In this document: piece by piece, positions 25,000 to 38,865 of the stretch | Numbering within the stretch: the stretch's first letter is position 1 | Layout: the number at the start of each line of letters is the position of its first letter | Source: Octopus sinensis | Lineage: Eukaryota | Assembly (NCBI RefSeq): GCF_006345805.1 | Contig: NC_043001.1 | Coordinates: 59,830,001 to 59,894,000 of the forward strand | Direction: 5' to 3' | DNA: 64,000 nucleotides | Notes under the pieces: generated by a model | The model's database searches: none | What the model was told of the DNA's origin: nothing | Seen by the model: only the letters and a program-made list of their open reading frames with translations | Translations under genes and position numbers: made by a program

Positions 25000-26830
25000 T
25001 CGATATCCGTCCTATACGTGACACCAAATGTTCGAAATAAACCCCCAAGTCAGCAACACTCGGGCACTGAATGAATGGGTGCAGAACAACTTCGTTGCAA
25101 GCCCAGATGACGGCAGTTGCATGCCTGCAATGTATATCCAGAATGGGCAACCAGACCAGACATTTGACTCTTGTTGGCGTCTAGGTTCTCCATATCGTTG
25201 CTTGTTGGTGTCTAGGGTCAACATATCGTCGCATTTGCCCGCCAGTAACGCTCTATAGAGTCCCTAAAGGGAATTCCACCAAGCGCATTGATCGATTACA
25301 GAAGACTGAGCATCCGAGAACACTCCAAGTGTCAGATACGAGCTGCACAAGAGGTAGTCTGGAAAATGGTGACCGCACCTGTTTACAATCACGGGAGCAC
25401 TGGAGATGCTGTAGCTTCAGCACATGTCTGCTCATCAGCATCCACTGCATTTCCAGCTCTCCATTCAGCAAATGCTGACAGCAAATGGTACGTCTGAGCA
25501 GTGGAACGCGACCGTTCCATAGAAAGCGGAAAATTACGCGCTCCGCTATGGTCAGATGTACACTGGGCAGTAAGGGGATAATATATAACGGAGGTGCTGT
25601 AAGCCACCTTTGCCCGACCATTGAAAGATAGCTTTCTCTCGGGTCATTTCTGAGTGAGATTGGCCAACCTGCTCATCACCTCATCCCTGTCTTCTCCACT
25701 TGAAGATCCGAACGAAAGCAGAACACGCGCAGTTTAACAGGCCCATTCATCCAACCTCCTACTACGTTATTCGACGGCATGCATCTGCCTCTTCTGGTGC
25801 TGAACTACAGACGTACTGAAATATCTTGGTTAATATCTGCACTTGTTACTGCCTCGTATCCTTCTAGAGCAGTTCTCTTCAACTTATGACGTTTTCCGCA
25901 TAATCTGACACGGTTTCCCGCGGTTTAGTTCGTGCAGAATACTTTTGAACACCTCCAATTTGTGCAGTAGTGACTCTAGATCCAGCACATACAGAGCAGA
26001 CGAGAGCGGACAGTATTGTAGGACCTAATGCATCATGCTGAATAATTCCAATATGTAATAATTCACCCGAAAGTGATGTTGATGTACGTTGTGATGATGT
26101 AGATTGCGCCAATCCAGCCATGGGAAAAGGGACCAAAATTGGCCGCCGAGAGAAAGGTCACCTCTTATTGGTGGTTGTCCCTATCGAGGTATTTTGATTG
26201 GTATAAATTAATCACACATGCCAACTTTTCTCCCCATAGTAGCCCAGGTGCATGATGACGTATCCCAGGTGCACGTGGTTTTAGATCGGTTCCTCGACTA
26301 CAACTTGAGAACAAATCGCTAACCTGTTGGCCAAAATTTGGAAATCTGCTGCAGCAACGTTGTGGGCTTAAACGTTTATAGTTGATCTGCTTCTTGCATC
26401 CTTTCTTTGCTGTGTCACTGCTTTTCGACTCACATAACTAGGAGATCTCCCATTCTGCTGCTAGTTGATTTAGATATCTGCCAAGAGATCGCGAAACAAG
26501 CCTGGCATATTAAGGTAAATCTCATAGGATATACCACCCAAAGCAGGCGATTTGCCGTCCACGCAGCCCATCTTTGTATCTTGTATTTCTGGAGCCGTTA
26601 TCGGCCTCTCTCAACGCTCCGAATCCTTACTACTAAGCAAGGCTTATATCTGCCGGTTCTTCCTTCGTAGTCATCAAGCATAGTTTCTGCTGAATAAATG
26701 CGCGGAAAGTTCTCTTCAAAGGCATATGTAGCATAATTCGTTTGGTGATGTTATCCCGAGGATTCTAAGCCCTACTTCTTTTCGGTGCATCTTTCGCAAC
26801 GTGGTCACGTCAGAGATTCTTACTGTAGAC
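25000..26830 (-). mobile_element. L1/Tx1-clade LINE ORF2 fragment (RT, thumb, zinc knuckle), decayed
   Basis: Ordered motifs across frameshifts: PITAPEI..GKSPALGGISYEIY, ADFQILANRL, VINLYQSKYLDRDNH, CPLSSALYVLDLESLLHKLE, SDYAENV (YADD relic), ERVIFRFLWNGRVPLLRRTICCQH, HPFIQCPSVADL. Confidence 0.85.
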
Positions 26831-27185
26831 TTAAGACTTGGAATATATCTGCATTTATATTCCTTTGATTTTCTATAGGTAGTAGTGAAATATATGCAAA
26901 CGCATCATCTGCAGTTTGGAAAGATTTATGTGTAATATAACCGAAGACATACTATTTTTTAAAAAGAAAATACACGAGTACTGTCATTAAACATAGGACA
27001 AACTTAGAATTAAATCAGAAGACCACTTAAAAAACCAAGAACAAAAATGATTTTCACAAAACCTTGAATCAGAGCAAACTTTTTAAGTCATTATCCTTGA
27101 AACTTGTAGTACTGAAATTTCAATTTAAATTGAATTAATTAATTGATATAAATATTTGTTTCAAATTGTTTCAGAGAAGAGGGTC

Positions 27186-27705
27186 TAAGTCGATTACGTC
27201 GACCCCAGTGCCCAAATGGTACTTATTTAATCGGTGTCGAAAGCATGAAAGCTAATTCGACCACGGCGGAATTTGAACTCAGAAAGTAAAGAGGGACCAA
27301 ATGGCGCTAAGCATTTTGCCCGGCATTCTAACTCCCTTAAATATAATATAAATATTGAGGGGTAAGTCGATTTTCTAAGACTCCAATGTTCAAATGGTAC
27401 TTGTTTGATCGACCACCAAAGGATGACGTGCAAAATCGAACTCTGCGGGATTTGAACTCAGAACATAAAGTCGGAAGTACCTTTTCCCAGGCGGTTATCG
27501 ATTCCGCCAGCTCGGCACCTTAAATTGATTTAAATGCTCACTTGAAATTTTAACGCAACGGCAGCAATTTCGGGGGAGGGCGTAAATCAATTACATCGAC
27601 CTCAGTATTCAACTGGTACTATTTTATTGACCCCGAATGAATGGTAGGCAAAAGTCGACTTCAAACGTAAAGACAGAAGAAATACCGCTAAGCATTTCGC
27701 AGCTT
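27186..27705 (-). mobile_element. Three adjacent copies of tRNA-derived SINE family B
   Basis: Units at about 27186-27335, 27363-27522 and 27580-27705 share GTCGATT..TCGACC, TGGTACT.ATTT and CTAAGCATTT. The first two carry GGA(A)TTTGAACTCAGAA, whose reverse is a B box (GAGTTCAAATTCC). Confidence 0.8.
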
Positions 27706-27886
27706 AATATAAATATTGAAATCAAAATTATATTTCTCTTCCATTCACAGTATTGCAGTCATATAATTATGTAGACATGTCAATACAGACAAAATTCTAT
27801 CACGCATTTAGCTGTTTTCTGACATTCTGGGTTCAATCTACGCAAGATTTACTTAACCTTATATAATCGAATCTATCCACTCGATA

Positions 27887-28540
27887 TCTCTTATTATAAA
27901 AGGCAGATTTTATCTGCCTCCCATTGTCTCTTATAGAAATCTACAATATAGGATTTCTTCAATTACAATTTACCTAGCATTTTTAAGAGTAGAATACATC
28001 GGGTCGTGCCAGGTACAGTTTTTCAAATTTCACTCCCAATTAAGCAAAATTTCGAGAAAACTCACATTGTGGTGTGTAAGTGAAGTGCTTTTCTTTGTGT
28101 GTGCTACAGCACACACACACACACACACACAAACGGAGCGAACTGCTTCACTCATGCTATCACCCTAATTTCTCCTACTTTCTCTTTGCAAGTGTACCTT
28201 ACAACACTACTCAAAAAAAAAAACAGCAAACAGAAACAAATAAATACATAACGATTTACTCCTCACACAATTTCTTCAATTACAGTTTACCTATGATTTT
28301 TACAAGTACTTCCATTCGGTCATGCCATACAAAATTTCTTTCAATTTCACCCCCAATTAAGACAAAATTCGAGAAAACTCAATATTTTAACATTTCACTC
28401 TTTCACTTTGAAGCCTTTACTCTGCCTATTACTCCCACTTCCTCTTTAGACACATAGACACGCTAATATATACGACAGTGTCAATTGTTGACAGATATTG
28501 TAAGCTAACGTGTGTGTGTCTGTGTGCGTGTGTGTGTGTG

Positions 28541-28572
<32 letters not shown>

Positions 28573-31500
28573 ACAGGGGTGAGCCATTCAGACTGGTCAT
28601 CCATTTTGGCTAGAAGAAGATCCCTTATGCTCTTATATGCTACACCACTGGTTTTCAGTTCAAGAAGGACTATTCATTATAATACATCAGTTCCACACAT
28701 TTACCCTGGTTCCATTTCGGACAACTGCACAAACATTTGCCATTTCACACATGTATGTAAACAAATTCCTTTCTTTAAAATTTCAATTCATTTTCTTTTT
28801 CAATTTACGTTTCTATACACTTTACGCAAATATTTGATTAAACAACTAAAACACTTCACATTTCGAACATGTACGTAAACTACTTCCTTTCTTGCAAATC
28901 TAACTTTTTTTTCTGGCTTCTAACTCAAATTTCTATACATTTTACACACTCTGTCGCTATACTTGCATAAAAAATTTCTTTCAGCTGCTAATATTTATTT
29001 CTTTTCCTTCCAGGGTTTACATTTTTCCACATTTCATTCACATTACAATTTCTATCTTTAAGTAACTTTCACCCTTTCTTTTTCACATAAAATGCCACCG
29101 AAAAAGAGAAGTCGCCTCGGCCGCCATACTGCAGCAGCAGCGGCGAAAAAGGCGAAGCGCAGCGCCATAAACGCTTCTGCTGTTGCTGCACAAAGGGCTT
29201 CAGAGGACCCACAACAAAGGGCCACTCGACTGGCTACAAACGCTGCGGCTACTGCTGCTTCAACATTTTCGACACATTCCCACAACTCAGACCAGCAACG
29301 TTCTACATTCCAGCGGAACAGTCGACGCCGCGGTCTGACGAGTCCAAACAGACCTTACTGCCATCTACGTGCTTTCAAGTATGAGCCCAACTTCAATTAC
29401 TCGATGCACGCTGACATAAATATTGGGGAAATGTGCTTCAATTGCCAATTCTGCAATGCTAAAAAGTGGGCTGGGGAACCGCCTGCGATGTGCTGTTTAA
29501 ACGGTAAGGTCAGCTTGCCCCCTCTTCGGGAGCTGCCAGACCCTTTGAAAGAATTACTTACTGGTTCCACCTCAAGGTCATCAAAATTCCTTCAACTCAT
29601 CAGGAAATACAATTGTGCATTTCAGATGACTTCTTTCGGGGCTAACGTTGTCAGAGAAACTGGTTGGATGCCTACTTTCAAGGTCCAGGGCCAGGTGTAC
29701 CACCTTATTGGGTCACTCCAGCCACTACAAAATTGCAAACCTTCGTTCCTTCAAATTTATGTCATTACAAATTACAATAGGCAACTTGATTTGCGTTTCA
29801 ACGTAATTCCACAACCTGCAAACACTGACGCTGACAATTTCGACAGGGACGTGCTGCTCTCTCTGCAAAACATGCTTCATGACCACAACAGCTATATTCG
29901 CAGTTTCAAATACGCCTTGGAAACAACCCCTTCACCAACATTCACCATTGTCATCGATGCTGACAAAAGGCCTTCTGGGGAGCACGCGCGGCGATATAAC
30001 GCTCCTTCGTGCAATGAAGTGGCCATAGTTCTCCATGGTGAACAGCACAAGCAGCGGGACATAGTTCTTCAAAGCTGCGACAGTGGTCTTCAGCGTATTA
30101 ATGAGACGCATCGGTCATATGACGCCCTGCAGTATCCCTTTCTTTTTCCGTATGGAGAAGACGGGTACCATTTCGGCATTCCACACCACAAACCAAACGA
30201 GCCCTCGGCTGCGACATCTAAAACTGTTTCATGTATGGCTTTTTACTCATACCGCTTCATGACAAGGCATAATGATTTCAACCCCCTGCACAGATCACGG
30301 GAACTGTTTCACCAGTTTGCAGTTGACATGGCTGCAAAGATGGAGTCCAAGAGACTGGGCTTCATCAAATTGAATCAGAAGCAGCAGCGCTCAGACTCCT
30401 ACATCCATTTGCGTGATGGCATCAGGAATGATACTGACGCCCGCAATATCGGCAAAATGTGCATTCTCCCCTCAACCTATACAGGGGGCCCACGGTACAT
30501 GCACGAGCGAACACAAGACGCTATGACTTGCGTTCGGCATTATGGGCGACCCGATTTATTCATTACCTTTACATGTAACCCAAAGTGGGTTGAGGTAACG
30601 CGAGAACTTCTCCCAGGGCAGCAGTACTGTCATCGCCATGATATTATTGCAAGGGTTTTCAGGTAGAAACTGGCTAAGCTCATTCTTTTAATAAAAAAAG
30701 GCCAGGTTTTTGGGCCTGTTAACTGCCACATGTATACTGTTGAGTGGCAGAAAAGAGGGTTGCCACACGCGCACATTTTGCTTTGGTTGGTCAACAAAAT
30801 AGACCCAACAGTTCTTGATGATCTCATTGCAGCAGAAATTCCGGACCCAACTGTTGACCGGAAGCTGTACGACATTGTGAAGGCGCACATGGTACACAGT
30901 CCGTGCGGTCCTGGTTTTTAAAAGTTCTCCTCATGCCACAAAGACCACGTGTGCACTAAACGGTACCCAAAGAGGTTCGTGGACGAGACCCAGACCGGCC
31001 GCGACGGATACCCACTGTACAGAAGAAGGCACCCTGACAATGGTGGATTCACTATAACGTTACGGGGTCATCAAGTGGATAATAGGTGGGTAGTGCCGTA
31101 CTGTCCATTTCTGATGAAAACTTTTAACGCTCACATAAATGTGGAGTTCTGTCATTCAGTCAAGTCTATAAAGTATATATGTAAATATGTTAACAAGGGT
31201 TCTGACGCTGCCATGTTTGGCCTTCAAAAGGACAATAGCATGGACGAGGTGTCACAGTACATGGCAGGTCGGTACATAAGCAGTGGTGAAGCTTTTTGGC
31301 GGATATTCGGGTTTCCACTTCACCAAAGGCACCCCGCCATCATACAACTAGCGGTTCATTTGGAAAATGGCCAACGAACTTACTATACTGAACAGACTGC
31401 AGCTGATTTGGCGGCAAATCCAAAACAAACAACTTTGACCGGTTTCTTTAGGCTTTGCCAACTTGACACATTTGCTAAAACACTTTTATACCCTCAGGTC

Positions 31501-34327
31501 CCGTCCTACTACGTGTGGTCAAACAACAATTGGGTGCGTAGAAAGTCGGGTCAGGATGTTGAAGGACATCCTGGTGTCAAGTTTAACAGTTGTCTAGGAA
31601 GAGTCTACACTGTACCTCCAAACCAACATGACTGTTTTCACCTGCCCACAAAGTTTTCAAGACATCAGAACTGTTGATGGTGTATTATGTGATACTTTCC
31701 GTGAAGCCTGTTTTCGGCGTCGACTTTTGGAGGATGATTCACAATGGGGCGCCACTATGGCACAAGGTGTTTCATTAAAATCTCCTAAAAAAATCAGATC
31801 GCTTTTCGCTATTCTATTACTATGGTGTGACTTGGCTAATCCCGCCTCTTTATGGCTTACCTACAAAGATGATATGTCTGAAGATTTCCTGCGTCACGCT
31901 CAATCGCTACATCCATCAATGGAGGTCGGGTACACTGACCTCATTTACAACAGGGCGCTGCTTGAAATCGAAGATACTGTACTCGATATGGGAGGTAGTG
32001 CCTTGCCGGTCTATGGCCTACCTTCAACAAACCGGGAAGGCACAAACACTCTGTCTTCACATTTGCTGCGTGAGACATGTTTTAATGTTGACGAGCTTGC
32101 CGAGTACATAGCCGACAGTGAGCCAAAGCTCATTCCAGAACAGAAGTTCGCTTACAACTCCGTTGTTAATTCAGTCCGGGCCAAAGCTGGGGACATTTTT
32201 TTCCTGGACGCTCCTGGGGGCACTGGGAAAACTTTTGTCAACAAATTAATATTGGCTGATATTAGGCGAACAAAAGGCATTGCCCTAGCTGTGGAATCAT
32301 CTGGAATTGCGGCTACTTTGTTGCCAGGCGGCAGGACAGCTCACTCTACTTTCAAACTCCCACTTGACTTAGCGAAGACTGAGACACCAATTTGCAACAT
32401 CAGTAATAGCTCCGATCAGCCAGAAGTCTTCAGACGATGCAAGCTTATCGTTTGGGATGAATGCACGATGGCCCACAGAGGTGCTCTTGAGGCACTAGAT
32501 AGATCTCTCAGAGACATCAAACACTCTTCAGCTCCCATTGGAGGCATAACACTTCTTCTTTCAGGGAACTTCCGACAAACACTTCCCGTTATTCCCAAAG
32601 GGACTAGAGCTGATGCTGTAAGTGCGTGTCTTAAGTCATCCACATTGAGGCCACTGGTGAAGACTCTCAAACTTCACACCAATATGCGTGCTCATATGCG
32701 ACGTGATATCACATCAGCAGCATTTTCTCACACCCTCCTTGCACTTGGCGAAGGCAAAATACCAGGGGATGAAAATGGTAATATTGCCATCAATTCCATT
32801 TGTACCATTGTTAACACGCCTTCTGATCTCAGAGATGCAGTATTCCCAGATCTACAAGCTAATTATCAGAATATGGATTGGATTGGCCAAAGGGCTATTC
32901 TGGCCCCGAGGAATAAAACTATTCACCATATTAATGATGAAATGCTAAAACTCATTCCTGGGGATGTCTATGTATATAAGTCTATCGATACAACTCCTGA
33001 CCCAGACGACGTCATCAATTATCCAATAGAGGTACTCAATTCCTTTGAGCCCCCCGGACTACCACCACACATTCTCAAACTTAAAGTTGGTGACCCTATA
33101 ATGCTCATTAGAAATTTGGTTCCCCAAAACAATGTAATGGCACACGTTTGATCGTTAAGTCCTTATCTCCCAATCTGATTGAGGCCACCATTATCACAGG
33201 GTGCGGTCGAGGCAACGTTGTGCTCATACCTAGGATGCATCTTTTCCCATCAGGAGCAGACCTACCTTTCATATTTCGGAGGTCCCAGTTCCCAGTAAGG
33301 CCATGTTTCGCAATGTCAATTAACAAAGCGCAGGGTCAAACACTGTCTGTGGCAGGAATACATTTGGGAGAGCCATGTTTCTCTCATGGTCAGCTTTATG
33401 TTGGCTGCTCGCGTGTCGGCAGCAACAGTGATGCTTTCGCATTCCTTCCACAACGAAAAACAAAAAACATTGTGTACAAGGAGGTTTTATAGGATTACTA
33501 CGTTTCATCATTTTCAAACACGTTAGTATTTCACTTACATACGACTCTCTTTTATGACGGCATTTACATTTCTAGGCGATTCATAACATTAATTCACACT
33601 TAACCAACACCTGTCCTTCGCTCAACTCTATTTCTATCCATTCATCATCAAACCACCAGCCTCATCTTCTATATCCAACGTACATGACACATCTACCCCC
33701 CTACATCTACACTCTCACTGTTAAAGTTTACATGAGCGACAACACGATCGCAACATACACTTTCGAAACTAATCAACAGATCATTTTATACAACAACAAA
33801 TTTAATCAAAACGCCCATCAAGGAATACATCTCCACCACTGTATTGTGATTCACCTAATCAGCACCACTACAGTCTTGCCGGTCTGACATATGGTGAGTT
33901 GATGCTATTGTTCTATATTTTATAAATTACACATATTTACTTACCCATGCTTCATTCCTCTCTTGCCTACATATGAAATCCACTCTCTTTTAACACAGCA
34001 TCAAGTTTTGTAACAGCACATCCGCTGCCGTTCGTGCAAAACGAAGATACCCTATTCACCGTTTTACATCGCCTTCCACGACTATCAAATTCTTACAATT
34101 ATGAGAACAATAACATGGCTCTTTTCAAGGCAACCTCGCATTCAATTCTTACACCATTCTACGAGGGGGTAGGAACACCTTTACACGGCTTTCTATACAC
34201 TTACAAATAGATTCATTCGCCGTAAACTTATATCAATATTTGCCTGAATAATTATCATAATTCAGTGCAATCATTAACAGTACTTTCAAGCAATTCAGCC
34301 CCGAGCAACGCCGGGCAATTCTGCTAG
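27887..34327 (+). mobile_element. Near full-length autonomous-type Helitron
   Basis: 5' A|TC at 27886/27887 (alternative TC at 27872) followed by a perfect 8-bp hairpin AGGCAGAT-TTT-ATCTGCCT at 27901-27919. 3' hairpin CCCG-AGCAACGC-CGGG at 34300-34315, then CTAG at 34324-34327 followed by T. RepHel inside. Confidence 0.92.
29092..33492 (+). pseudogene. Helitron RepHel (Rep HUH/Y2 plus Pif1-family helicase), two in-frame stops and two frameshifts
   Basis: Zn motif CQFCNAKKW..E..CC. Rep motifs PDLFITFTCNPKW, VEWQKRGLPHAHILLW and KYICKYVNKG. Helicase motifs DAPGGTGKT, WDECTM, GNFRQTLPV, AMSINKAQGQT and HGQLYVGCSRV. Stops at 30664-30666 and 30919-30921; frameshifts near 31640 and 33125. Confidence 0.97.
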
Positions 34328-34983
34328 TATAAGATAAAGCTCGAAATCACAAGATTGCTCCATGTCTGTAAGTAAAAGGCACAAACTAAAAACTTCTCAA
34401 CGTTGAAATTTCAAATCAAGTAACTATAAAATACAACTACGTTTTCGTACCATTTATGACTTTTGACCGATTATAACAATTCTATACACTCCCTGAAAAA
34501 TAGAGCTTGATATAAAATTAGAAAACAAAAACTGTTATTATTACATTCATGACTATATTATAGCAAAAGCAAAATAGACCAGTCTTTGTTGCATAATCTA
34601 TCACGAATATCTAAACATATTTTGGAAAATATTGCATGACCTGTGTTAAATATGAGTGCTTACATACAATAACGCAGACAGTAAAATAAATTATTCGTGT
34701 ACGCTCAAGTTCGAACGTCGCTTTAATACAGAATGCGTAACATTAAATGCATCTATTTCTGTTTAAATCTCAATCTATCTATCTGTGTGTGCGTGCGTGC
34801 GTGTGTGTGTGTGTGTCTGTGTGTGTGTGCGCGTGTGTGTGTGTGTAAGTGTGCGCGCACGTTTTATGGTCTTTGAACAGATTTGTTCAGTTGTACTGTC
34901 TTCAGCCTTTCTCTGACATCCATAGATTTCTTAACCGTATTCATTTACTTTTAATTTTATGTCAGTTCTTTCTAACTCAGTAG

Positions 34984-35370
34984 ATTCTTCTTCTTCTTCT
35001 TCTTCTTCTTCTTCTTCTTCTTCTTCTCTTCTTCTTCTTCTTCTTCTTCTTCTTCTTCTTCTTCTTCTTCTTCTTCTTCTTCTTCTTCTTCTTCTTCTCT
35101 TCTTCTTCTTCTTCTTCTTCTTCTTCTTCTTCTTCTTCTTCTTCTTCTTCTCCTCCTCCCTCTCTTCATTATTATTATTATCCTCATCAACACCGTCGTC
35201 GTCTTCATCTACACCGTTTTCCTTATACACACCATTCCCATTACAACCACCAATTACACTAACACAAAATTATTCCTTTTCTTCTTCTTCTCTTCTTCTT
35301 CTTCTTCTTCTTCTTCTTCTTCTTCTTCTTCTTCTTCTTCTTTCTTCTTCTTCTTTCTTCTTCTTCTTCT
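34984..35370 (+). repeat. Two long (TTC)n tracts (about 34984-35150 and 35280-35370)
   Basis: Direct reading. They explain the poly-S/L/F and poly-K/R/E ORFs. Confidence 0.97.
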
Positions 35371-36184
35371 ACGACTACTATTTCTTCAATTTCTTCAACT
35401 TCTCTTTTTCAACTTCATCTTCTTCCTTCTCCTCCCTGTCATCATTATCATCATCATCATCATCATCATCATCATTATCATCATCATCAACACCATTGTC
35501 CATTTCATCATCAGCATTATTATTAATATCTAATAATATCTACCGAAATACGGCAAAATCTATTACTCTCTCATATTTCTTCTGTTTTTCTTTTCCTCTC
35601 TTATTTTGCATTTTTCTAACCAATATTTCGTTTGAGAGACTGACATTCATTTTAAATGACTGCAATAGAATCGAAGGGCTATTCTCAACGTAACTTTTCA
35701 AAAGACTAATATACTTGGTTTTTCTATATTATTTTACTTTTTTCTTTAATTTTTTATATTTAAGAATTTTTTTTCAATAAGAGTTCTTAGATGCTATTCT
35801 TTCATTTTCTAATGCTTTATATCACGTTTTTTTTCCTTTCCCAGTTTCTTTCACAAAATTTTAGTCATTGAGTCTATTTTACGACGAGACTCATGCGTTG
35901 TAAATAGACGGGTGAAATCTTTTGAAGTGCTCTTAATGGTTTTTGCTTGAATGATTCATGCAAATACTGATGTTCACTGCATCATTGAAGATTGGACTTT
36001 GTCCTATTCTCTGTCACATAACAAAGACACCCATATATACCACACACATACACTCACATACGCACACACACATACGCATGCATGTTCACAGGCACGCTCA
36101 CACGCACGCACAATCATACAGAGACTGGAGCAAATATATACATTCACATGCACTAGCACAGGTACAGCAGACACAGAGGTATAC

Positions 36185-36237
<53 letters not shown>

Positions 36238-36473
36238 TCTCACATATATATGTATGTATATATATGTATATATATTATATATCATAAATGCTTCATTATA
36301 TGTATATATATTATGTATATATAAATAAATGATATATATATATATTATAATTTTGTATATTTTATAATACGATAATACGATAATACACACATACACAAAC
36401 ACATTAAGAATTTACTCTCAAATAATGTCTAGATTTTATCGATGAATCGAAAAACGGATCAATTACACTATAT

Positions 36474-36538
<65 letters not shown>

Positions 36539-37298
36539 CTTGTTTGTGCTTGTGTATATTTTATAATAAATTAATATAGATATGTACATGAATACATACA
36601 CAAATACATATGTATATATATTCTCATGTCTACATATAGGCTTATGTGTATGCATATATGTATGAATATGTGTCTATCCCATTAGACGTACACACATTCA
36701 ATGATACATATGTGTGCATGTGCGTTTATATCGTTATAATAGTATATTCTTTTTATTTGCGTTTCATTTTTAATATCTAAGGTCCTCTATTATCCTCATA
36801 GAAAATATAATGTGTTCTGCGTCCTTGATGTTGTGTAGCATTTCTATATCACGCAATGATTACATCGTGACTTCACTATTTAGAACACAATAATATGCAC
36901 ATACACACACATATATACATACATGCATACATACATACATACATGCATACATACATACATACATACATACATACATACATACACACATGTATACACACAT
37001 ATATACATACTTATATATGTAGACACATATATAAACATATTATTTTGCGTTACTTTCAAGCATATATATCTCTATTTGTCCCCGTGTTTGTCTCGAGTGT
37101 GTGTTGCATCGTTGCGTATTAATATAATATCTCATATAAATATTTTATAACCGGCTAATCCGAGCAGAAAATGCTGTAGAGCTTTATGAAAATTTAAGAC
37201 AGCGAAGATTGATGACGATAATGAAATATCAAGCTTTTCTTCTGTCATATCATTTACATAAATTGAGCTGCCGATGCCTACATACGTACGGACAAACG

Positions 37299-37302
<4 letters not shown>

Positions 37303-37386
<84 letters not shown>

Positions 37387-37410
37387 CACACACACACACA
37401 CACATACACA
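37303..37410 (+). repeat. (CA)n microsatellite
   Basis: Direct reading. Confidence 0.97.
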
Positions 37411-38138
37411 CACATGTATATGAATGCTTGTATGAATGTAAGTATGTGTGCGTATTATGTGTGTGCGTCTGTGTATGTGTTTGTGAATATCTATTTATTA
37501 AATGATATGTATTTATAAATATGTACACATTCATATATATATATATATATATATCTGTGCGTTTATTTCCGTTTCATATATTTTGTCACATTGACTTTCA
37601 GTTAAATGACTTATTGATTTGGTACGACCATGTTAACTGTATAACGTAGTATAATTGATGTCATATTTATGTCACATTACACCAAGATTTTGGAAATGGC
37701 ATAATATACATTTTTTTACCAATTTATTATATAGTTTGATTTTATATTTCTCCCTTTATTCACATTTCTACACCTCACTCGTCTTCAAATTATAATGTCT
37801 ATTCAGTTACAGAACAATTATGAAATAGGCATCATTAGGTCTTCTCGTCTCGTCGTAATAGATTCCTTGAGACTTTTAGTTATTTCCTTGAATTCAAATG
37901 TCGTTTGACAATGACCTCCTTCCATAGCTCTCTAAAACTTTCTTTTCGCTGTTATTTAGTTCAGAGGATCGCATAAGCTCACTTAATGAAATTACTGCAC
38001 TTACCATATTATTATCTTGTTTTCTTTAGTTTCATCATATATTATTACTATCAATATATTATTATGGTCCTTTAACCATATGTTCACACCTCACCTGGCT
38101 TACAGCGTGCATAACACCTATTATAATGAAACATCAGT

Positions 38139-38174
<36 letters not shown>

Positions 38175-38317
38175 AAGTAGATAAATGAATTATCTTATTA
38201 CGGATTATTCAAATGATAACCGACACCTGGGTAGCAAAAATCACAACAGAAAAAGCACGGTTGAGGTTACGACCATGGGGCCTAAAATCCGTGCCTTAGT
38301 GCGGAAATTTGAAGTTT

Positions 38318-38594
38318 TATATATTTAGTGTAGGAAGAAATGGAGCTGAACGAAGATTTAACAAAATCCATTTTATTATTTTCTACATATGTTTCAAAAG
38401 CTGCAAAGTCCCTAATTCGGATTGAATAAGGAGTCCATTTTGCAGCCTTCTCTTCAGAAAAATCCAGGAACTTAATTCTCCAACAAAATGCACAGCAAGC
38501 TTTTCGCCAAACGCTCACGAGGAGCCAAACATATGTAGAAAATAATAAAAAGGAATTTTGTTAAATCTTCGTTCAGCTCCATTTCTTCCTACAC

Positions 38595-38603
<9 letters not shown>
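38318..38603. repeat. Short foldback element: ~77-bp inverted arms (38318-38394, 38527-38603) around a 132-bp spacer
   Basis: Arms differ by about one substitution and one indel. The right arm runs into (TA)n. Confidence 0.9.
38378..38463 (-). ncRNA. Type I hammerhead ribozyme, apparently intact
   Basis: Minus strand: helix I ATTTTT/GAAAAT, core CTGAAGA, 12-bp helix II GAAGGCTGCAAA/TTTGCAGCTTTT with a long loop, GAAA, palindromic helix III ACATATGT, GUA triplet. Predicted cut between 38384 and 38383. Confidence 0.8.
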
Positions 38604-38666
<63 letters not shown>

Positions 38667-38823
38667 ATATATATAGGAAATTATTGTAGTTCGCTTGAAG
38701 CATTATGTATTGTTTGTAAACAATGATAATAAATAGTAATAATCTGTTTTGAATGGCACAACGATGCATTATAATAACAACAATGGGCTATAATAACTGG
38801 TGTAATTTAATCATCCATAGTCT

Positions 38824-38865
38824 GATATAGTATTTCGAAATATAAAAATTCCTTCTTCAGATATC
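38824..38865 (-). ncRNA. Minimal type I hammerhead, left-arm copy (core intact, cleavage triplet mutated)
   Basis: GATAT-CTGAAGA-A-GGAAT-TTTTAT-ATTTC-GAAA-TACT-ATATC. Confidence 0.6.

Noticed and set aside
25400-25445. Minus-strand GATG-CTGATGA-GCA..TGC hairpin
   Set aside because: Followed by TGAAG rather than GAAA, and it lies within L1/Tx1 coding sequence, so it is coincidental.
27186-27705. Repeat-spacer-like periodicity (CRISPR-like appearance)
   Set aside because: Units are about 150-bp diverged SINE copies with a B box. There are no short identical repeats and no cas genes, and the context is eukaryotic.
34931-35693. 244-aa and 99-aa low-complexity ORFs
   Set aside because: They are translations of (TTC)n and (TCA)n tracts.
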